64,000 bases of DNA from an uncultured delta proteobacterium. Lineage in GTDB: Bacteria; Myxococcota; UBA727; VGSZ01. Each line of letters begins with the position of its first letter. The first letter of the stretch is position 1. The notes beneath the pieces are model-generated. The model did not search any database. It worked only from the letters and a program-made list of their open reading frames with translations, and was not told the DNA's origin. Positions 58,933-64,000 of the stretch are shown here, in pieces. The stretch is taken from the NCBI GenBank assembly GCA_963775425.1, contig CAVZJB010000017.1, forward strand, positions 428,282 through 492,281, read 5' to 3'. A program made the translations under genes and the position numbers.

Positions 58933-61050
58933 GTGCCGACGAACCCCAACGATCCGACGGTGATATCCGGCGCTCCCGTGGCGCGCGCGGTCACCCGGCT
59001 CGGCCGCTACCGCTTGCTGAAGCGGCTCGGCGTCGGCGGCATGGCGGAGGTCTACCTCGCCGAGCAGGACGGCCCGCAGCAGTTCAAAAAGACCGTGGTC
59101 GTCAAGCGCATCCTCCCGTCGCTCGCGGCGGACGCCAACTTCGTGGCCATGTTCGTGCGCGAGGCGCAGGTGGCGGCGCGCCTCACCCACGCCAACGTCG
59201 TGCAAATCTACGAGCTCGGGGAACAGCCGAGCGACGCCGTCGGGGGCGGCGGCGTCGAGTACTTCATCGCCATGGAGTACATCGACGGCCTCACGCTGCA
59301 GCGCCTCGCCACGGCGTCGTGGAACGCGGGCAAGGCCGTGCCCATCGACGTCGTCGTGCGCACCATGGCCGACGCGTGCCGCGGCCTCCACGCGGCCCAC
59401 AACCTGGTCGGCGACGACGGCAAGCCGCTGCACCTCGTGCACCGCGACATCAGCCCCGACAACCTCATGGTCGCCCGAGACGGCGTCACCAAGGTGCTCG
59501 ACTTCGGGATCGCCAAGGGCGACCTCGGCGGCCCGAAGACGCGCACGGGAAACCTGCGCGGCAAGATTCCGTACATGTCCCCCGAGCAGGTGACGGGGCA
59601 GCAGCTCGACGGCCGCTGCGACCTGTGGGCCGTGGGCGTGTCCATGTACTGGCTGTTGTGCGGCGAGCGCCCGTTCGATCGCGGCACCGACTTCCACACG
59701 ATGCAGGCGGTGCTCTCCGACCAACCCAAGCCGCCCACCACGCTGAACCCCGCCATCCCGCAGAAGCTCGAGAAGCTCATCCTCGACCTCCTCAACAAGG
59801 ATCGCGAGGCGCGCCCCGCCGACGGCTCCGTCGTCGCCGACGAGCTCGAGGAATTCGCGTCGCCGGGCTCGGGCAGCGGCCGCCGCACCACCGTGCGCTT
59901 CCTCGAGCAGCACATGCAGTCGACGACGGGGCTCGGCAACCCGCTGTCGGAGCACGGGGAAAAGACCGCGAGCACCCGGCCGCTCTCCCCGGAGCAGAGC
60001 GGCCCGGTGGTCACGGCGCCGCAGTCGTCGCCGGACGACGCGCGGCCGCTGCCGGAGCCGCTGCCGGCCAGCGCGCAGCGCATCCCCCTGGCCGACGTCG
60101 AGTCGGCCGCCGCGGTGCCGCGCAAGATCACGATGTCGGAGGCGGACGCGGCCACGGCGCCCTCCACGCCGAGCGCGGCCGCGCCGAGCGCCGCGCCGCC
60201 GCCGCGGCCCGCCGAGACCGGCGTCGCCACGTTCAAGCAGTCGGCCGCCGCGCCGCCGCCGCCGAACCACCCCGTCGTCGACATGCTCGCGCCGCCGAAG
60301 CAATCGAGCGCGCTGCCGGCGTTGCTCGTCGGCGTGGGCGTCGTCGTGCTGTTGGGCGCGGGCGGCTACGGCATCTTTCGCGTCGTGAACGCGATGACGG
60401 ACCGGGGCGCGGCCGACGCAGGCGCGGTCGCCGCCGCCGACGACGCGGGCGCCCCCGTCGTCGCCCCGCCCATCGCGACCGTCGTCGACGCGGGCAGCGC
60501 CGTCGTCGACGCAGGCAGCGCCGTCGCCGACGCAGGCAGCGCCGTCGCCGACGCAGGCAGCGCCGTCGCCGACGCAGGCAGCGCCGTCGCCGAGGCCGAC
60601 GTCGACGCCGGGGGCGCCGAAGAGGACGTCGACGCGGGCGCGCACGAGGCCGTCGTGCACAAGGCCACGCTCTTCGCCGTCAAGGCGCGCGCGCCCCGTC
60701 GCGTGGTCTGGAAGCTCCCCGGCGGCAAGACCGTCGGCCACGGCAGCACGTCGCTGAAGCTCCCGCTCGGCACCCGGACCGTCGAGGCCCACGACCCGTG
60801 GCACAAGGAGCCCTGGCCCCTGCCCGTCGTCCCCGGAAAGACCGTCGACTTCCTCTCGATCCCCGCCGGCAACTTCGCCGTCACGCTCTCGCCCGACGCC
60901 AAGGTCTACATCGGCCGCGCGCTCCTCAAGGAGGACGGCCTGCTGGCCGCGCCGGCAGGCGACTACGACGTCCGCATCGAGAAGGACGGCAAGAAGAAGA
61001 CCCAGGTCTTCCACCTGAAGGCCAACGACTCCCTCATCATCAAGCCCTGA
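58933..61050 (+). CDS. Transmembrane Ser/Thr protein kinase
   Basis: LGVGGMAEVY, VVKRI, HRDISPDN, DFG, YMSPE; TM segment; Ala-rich repeats. Start uncertain. Confidence 0.92.
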   Translation: MPTNPNDPTVISGAPVARAVTRLGRYRLLKRLGVGGMAEVYLAEQDGPQQFKKTVVVKRILPSLAADANFVAMFVREAQVAARLTHANVVQIYELGEQPSDAVGGGGVEYFIAMEYIDGLTLQRLATASWNAGKAVPIDVVVRTMADACRGLHAAHNLVGDDGKPLHLVHRDISPDNLMVARDGVTKVLDFGIAKGDLGGPKTRTGNLRGKIPYMSPEQVTGQQLDGRCDLWAVGVSMYWLLCGERPFDRGTDFHTMQAVLSDQPKPPTTLNPAIPQKLEKLILDLLNKDREARPADGSVVADELEEFASPGSGSGRRTTVRFLEQHMQSTTGLGNPLSEHGEKTASTRPLSPEQSGPVVTAPQSSPDDARPLPEPLPASAQRIPLADVESAAAVPRKITMSEADAATAPSTPSAAAPSAAPPPRPAETGVATFKQSAAAPPPPNHPVVDMLAPPKQSSALPALLVGVGVVVLLGAGGYGIFRVVNAMTDRGAADAGAVAAADDAGAPVVAPPIATVVDAGSAVVDAGSAVADAGSAVADAGSAVADAGSAVAEADVDAGGAEEDVDAGAHEAVVHKATLFAVKARAPRRVVWKLPGGKTVGHGSTSLKLPLGTRTVEAHDPWHKEPWPLPVVPGKTVDFLSIPAGNFAVTLSPDAKVYIGRALLKEDGLLAAPAGDYDVRIEKDGKKKTQVFHLKANDSLIIKP
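60481..60592 (+). repeat. 21-bp coding tandem repeat, about 5 copies of V(V/A)DAGSA
   Basis: gtcgccgacgcaggcagcgcc units. Confidence 0.88.
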
Positions 61051-61086
61051 CGCGGGTCGGCGGCGGCGGTGTCGGTGTCGGCGGCG

Positions 61087-61773
61087 TTACTGCAGCCGGA
61101 GCTGGGCGCCGTCTTCGCCGTCCCAGCTCACGATGCCGTCGTCGGGCGCGATCTTCAGGATCGACGTGTGCGCGCCGTCCGCGTCGGTGCGCGTCCAGGT
61201 GACCGAGAACGCGGAGAAGTCGCCGGCGGGGACGCCGACGTCGGCCTGGTCGCCCACGACGAACAGGTGGGTCTCGTGCGAGGTGCCCACGTCCGCCCCG
61301 GTGACGTCGACGTCGACCTCGGTCTGCGTGGACTTCCCCGCCTTCAGCGGCACCGGCCCAAGGTCCACGGGGGCGCTCGGTTGGCCGCACTTCTCGATGC
61401 AGTCGAAGAAGCGCACGATGCGCGCGCTGTCGACGAGGACCTCGAGCGTGAAGGTGCGCCCGTCGACGGCGAAGCCGTTTCGCTTGGCGAGCACGTCGAA
61501 CACGAGGCCGTCGGGGTTGTCGGCGGCGGGCAGCACGGAGCTCGTGTGGACCTCGTGCGTCTCGGTGACGTTGCCGCCGTTCCCGGACACGTCGGCGTAG
61601 GTCTGCACGGCGCCGTCGGCGAGCCCGAGGTACGCGGCGGTGTCGGCGGGGCCGGGCACGTGCGCGGGCGGGCAGCCTGCGAGGAGCCCGAGCACGCCCG
61701 CGGTGAGCGCGAGCGGCGCGGCCCGTGCTCGCCCCCGGGGACGGCGGCGCGTCGGAGCGGGGGCGCGCTCCAT
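61087..61773 (-). CDS. Putative lipoprotein, beta-rich
   Basis: Lipobox LAGC; VPAGDF...LKIAPDDGIV pattern; ATG overlaps the upstream stop. Confidence 0.7.
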   Translation of the reverse strand: MERAPAPTRRRPRGRARAAPLALTAGVLGLLAGCPPAHVPGPADTAAYLGLADGAVQTYADVSGNGGNVTETHEVHTSSVLPAADNPDGLVFDVLAKRNGFAVDGRTFTLEVLVDSARIVRFFDCIEKCGQPSAPVDLGPVPLKAGKSTQTEVDVDVTGADVGTSHETHLFVVGDQADVGVPAGDFSAFSVTWTRTDADGAHTSILKIAPDDGIVSWDGEDGAQLRLQ

Positions 61774-62237
61774 CAACGCTCCTCCCGCACGGTGGTCAGG
61801 AACAGCTTGGACAGCTCCTCGGCCTCCTTGTCGAGGTCGCCCGACGGGGGCGTCCCCGGTGCGTCGACGGGCGCGTCGACGGGGGCGGGCGCGGGCTTCT
61901 TCTGGTGCGCGGGCGTGGGCTCCGCCTTGGGCCCCCGCGGCGGCGGCGAGAGGTCGCCGAGGAAGCCCTCGACCACCTGGTAGCCGACGTCGCCGAGGAT
62001 GACGCTGTCGAGGTAGTGCTCGGCACCAATCTCGTCGAGCTGCTCCTTGGTCTTCACCTTGCCGGTCAGCTTGTTGGGGTCGTCGCCGTCGTCGATGACC
62101 TTGGTGAAGCGCACCGCGGGCTTCAGCTTCACGGTGCGGTTCTCCTGCAGCAGCGTCAGGGTGGTGTCGTCGAGGCGCACCTTTCCCTGATCGGACCACT
62201 GCGTGAGCATGGCGTTGGTGATGAAGACGGCCGCCAT
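61773..62237 (-). CDS. Hypothetical protein
   Basis: Normal composition and GC3 bias (PAVRFTKV...DPNKLTGKVK...GAEHYLDSVILGDVGYQVVEGF). Confidence 0.75.
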   Translation of the reverse strand: MAAVFITNAMLTQWSDQGKVRLDDTTLTLLQENRTVKLKPAVRFTKVIDDGDDPNKLTGKVKTKEQLDEIGAEHYLDSVILGDVGYQVVEGFLGDLSPPPRGPKAEPTPAHQKKPAPAPVDAPVDAPGTPPSGDLDKEAEELSKLFLTTVREER

Positions 62238-62321
62238 CGGCATTCCGAACCTATCCCAAGCTTTCCAGGCAGGAAACGAGACGGTAGAACGTGCATCTAT
62301 TCCGCCGAAACGAGGAAAACC

Positions 62322-62648
62322 ATGGCCGCCAACGTCCAGGAAGTCACCGACAACAATTTCGACAACACGGTGCTCGGCGCGGACAAGCCGTTCCTCGTCG
62401 ACTTCTGGGCGACCTGGTGCGCTCCGTGCCTGGCCATCGCGCCGCACGTGGAGTCGCTGGCCAACGAGATGGCGGGCAAGGTGCAGGTCGGCAAGGTGAA
62501 CATCGACGACAACCCCGGCGTCGCCGGGAAATTCGGTGTGCGCTCCATCCCGACGCTCATCCTCTTCAAGGGCGGCAAGCCCGTCGACCAGATCGTCGGC
62601 GCGGTGCCCAAGGCCAAGCTCGAAGAGATGCTCAAAAAGCACCTCTGA
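62322..62648 (+). CDS. trxA: Thioredoxin
   Basis: VDFWATWCAPC, GVRSIPTL, GAVPK; GAGGA RBS. Confidence 0.95.
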   Translation: MAANVQEVTDNNFDNTVLGADKPFLVDFWATWCAPCLAIAPHVESLANEMAGKVQVGKVNIDDNPGVAGKFGVRSIPTLILFKGGKPVDQIVGAVPKAKLEEMLKKHL

Positions 62649-62784
62649 GGGCCGCCCCTCCCGACCGCGTGGGCGGCGGTGGAAGCTCGCGAAAAACCAG
62701 CGGATCTCCCGGGATCTTTGGATGTGCGACATATGCGCACCTTTCCGTAGATGGGACCGATAGTCCCCTCAACGGAGGGGCCAC

Positions 62785-63159
62785 GTGCTGGACGACCGCA
62801 TCGCTCATCTCTTCGAGACCGTGCTGCCGGCGGCGCTTCAGCAGTCGGGCCCCACGCCGGGGAGCGTCGCGGTCCTCGTCGAGGGCGCCGGCGCCTGGAC
62901 CGTGCGGCTCGGTGAGGCCCGCGTCGAGCGCGACGTGGACCTCGACGCGGACTGCACCGCGGTGTTCACGCTCGCCGCGTTCCGAGCGTTGCTCGACGGC
63001 GAGCGACGGCCGGACAAGACGCGCCCCGTCGCCCTTGTCGGCGACCCGCGCATGCTCGAGCGCCTCGGCGCCCTCCTCGTCCCCGCCCAGCGCGGTGGGG
63101 TCGCCGCTCGCCTCGCGTCCCTCAACGCCTCCCCCCCCCCGCCGCGCGCCGCGGTCTGA
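62785..63159 (+). CDS. Small SCP2-like protein
   Basis: V.VEGAGAWTVRL...ADCT..F...F..LLDG...GD...L pattern; GGAGG RBS. Confidence 0.55.
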   Translation: MLDDRIAHLFETVLPAALQQSGPTPGSVAVLVEGAGAWTVRLGEARVERDVDLDADCTAVFTLAAFRALLDGERRPDKTRPVALVGDPRMLERLGALLVPAQRGGVAARLASLNASPPPPRAAV

Positions 63160-63179
63160 CACGCCACAGGAGAAAGCAC

Positions 63180-63941
63180 ATGCCCCGCATCGCCCACGTC
63201 GTCCCCATGAAGGCCTATGACCACGTCGCCGCCGAGCTCAAGAAGGCAGGTGGAGACGGCGTCATCTCCCGCGCCGACGCCAAGAAGCTGGTCGCGCAGC
63301 TCAAGGCCGACGGCAAGGGCACGGAGGCCATGGCCGCGCGCAACATCTTCAAGATGATCGACGCGCGCGACGCCAAGCCCGGTGCGCGCGTCACCGGTTA
63401 CGACCTCGATCGCGATCGCTCCTTCGTGCAGGCCAAGATGCTCGAGAACCGCGACATCAACAAGAACGGCTACGCCCGCGCCGAGATCGCCAAGATGTCG
63501 CCGACGGGACAGGCGTTGGTCGAGCTCGGCCGCGTCTTGTCCATCGAGAAGAAGCACAGCCGCATCTCGTATGCGACGCCGGAGAAGGGCCTGGCGCACA
63601 CGGTGAAGCTGCTGGCAAAGGCGGCCGGCAAGGACGGCATCACCTCCCGCAAGGACGTCGACGACCTGGCCAAGTCGCTGCTCGCCCAGGGCCGTGGCAC
63701 CGAGGCGCTCGCCGTCGGCACCTTCGGCCGCTTCATCGACTTCCAGGACGCCAAGAAGGGCGCCCGCATCACCAAGAAGGACCTCGACAAGGCCATGGAG
63801 ACCGGCCGCGACGTCCTGCTGCGCGCCAAGGACAAGAACCACAACGGCTACAGCGTCGACGAGACCTCGAAGTTCTCGAAGTCCGCGAAGGCCTTCCTGC
63901 TCCTCGGGCAGATGGTCGAAGCCGGCGTGCTCACCCTGTAG
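63180..63941 (+). CDS. Hypothetical protein built from two similar halves with EF-hand-like loops
   Basis: DGVISRAD/DGITSRKD, GKGTEA/GRGTEA, GARVT/GARIT, DINKNGY/DKNHNGY; AGGAG RBS. Confidence 0.75.
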   Translation: MPRIAHVVPMKAYDHVAAELKKAGGDGVISRADAKKLVAQLKADGKGTEAMAARNIFKMIDARDAKPGARVTGYDLDRDRSFVQAKMLENRDINKNGYARAEIAKMSPTGQALVELGRVLSIEKKHSRISYATPEKGLAHTVKLLAKAAGKDGITSRKDVDDLAKSLLAQGRGTEALAVGTFGRFIDFQDAKKGARITKKDLDKAMETGRDVLLRAKDKNHNGYSVDETSKFSKSAKAFLLLGQMVEAGVLTL

Positions 63942-63979
63942 TTGCTCTCCCGGGAGGGACGGGCCGCGCCGCCTGGTCC

Positions 63980-64000
63980 GGTTCGAATCCCACCGGGCGC
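63980..64000 (+). other. tRNA 3'-end-like fragment (T-loop plus acceptor 3' strand), not an intact tRNA
   Basis: GGTTCGAATCCCACCGGGCGC; no matching 5' half upstream; cut by the window edge. Confidence 0.45.

Noticed and set aside
63925-64000. Intact tRNA gene
   Set aside because: No D-arm, anticodon arm or complementary acceptor 5' strand; the T-stem does not pair.

Overview
Very GC-rich chromosomal segment; gene content points to Myxococcota (TIGR04563-type small proteins, Ser/Thr kinases, myxobacterial pfa gene order). Left to right it holds: the 3' end of an ElbD-like lipid enzyme operon, hutH, a ComEA-like gene, glpAB plus a ketopantoate-reductase-family gene, aspS, a complete stressosome operon (rsbR-S-T-X) wired to an RsbU_N histidine kinase and three REC-HDOD/HD proteins, a PUFA-synthase-type cluster (pfa1/pfa2/pfa3), an ABC exporter pair, hslVU, trxA and several lipoproteins. 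The best signal is inside pfa2. Directly after the second ACP lie a slippery heptamer C_CCU_UUC, an immediate UGA, and an 11-bp hairpin 6 nt downstream, while the KR/DH domains continue in the -1 frame. This is the layout of a programmed -1 ribosomal frameshift that would give short and long synthase subunits. Frame breaks in pfa1 and the stressosome kinase lack such signals and may be sequencing indels, which is the main caveat. All calls come from reading motifs by eye; no searches were run.
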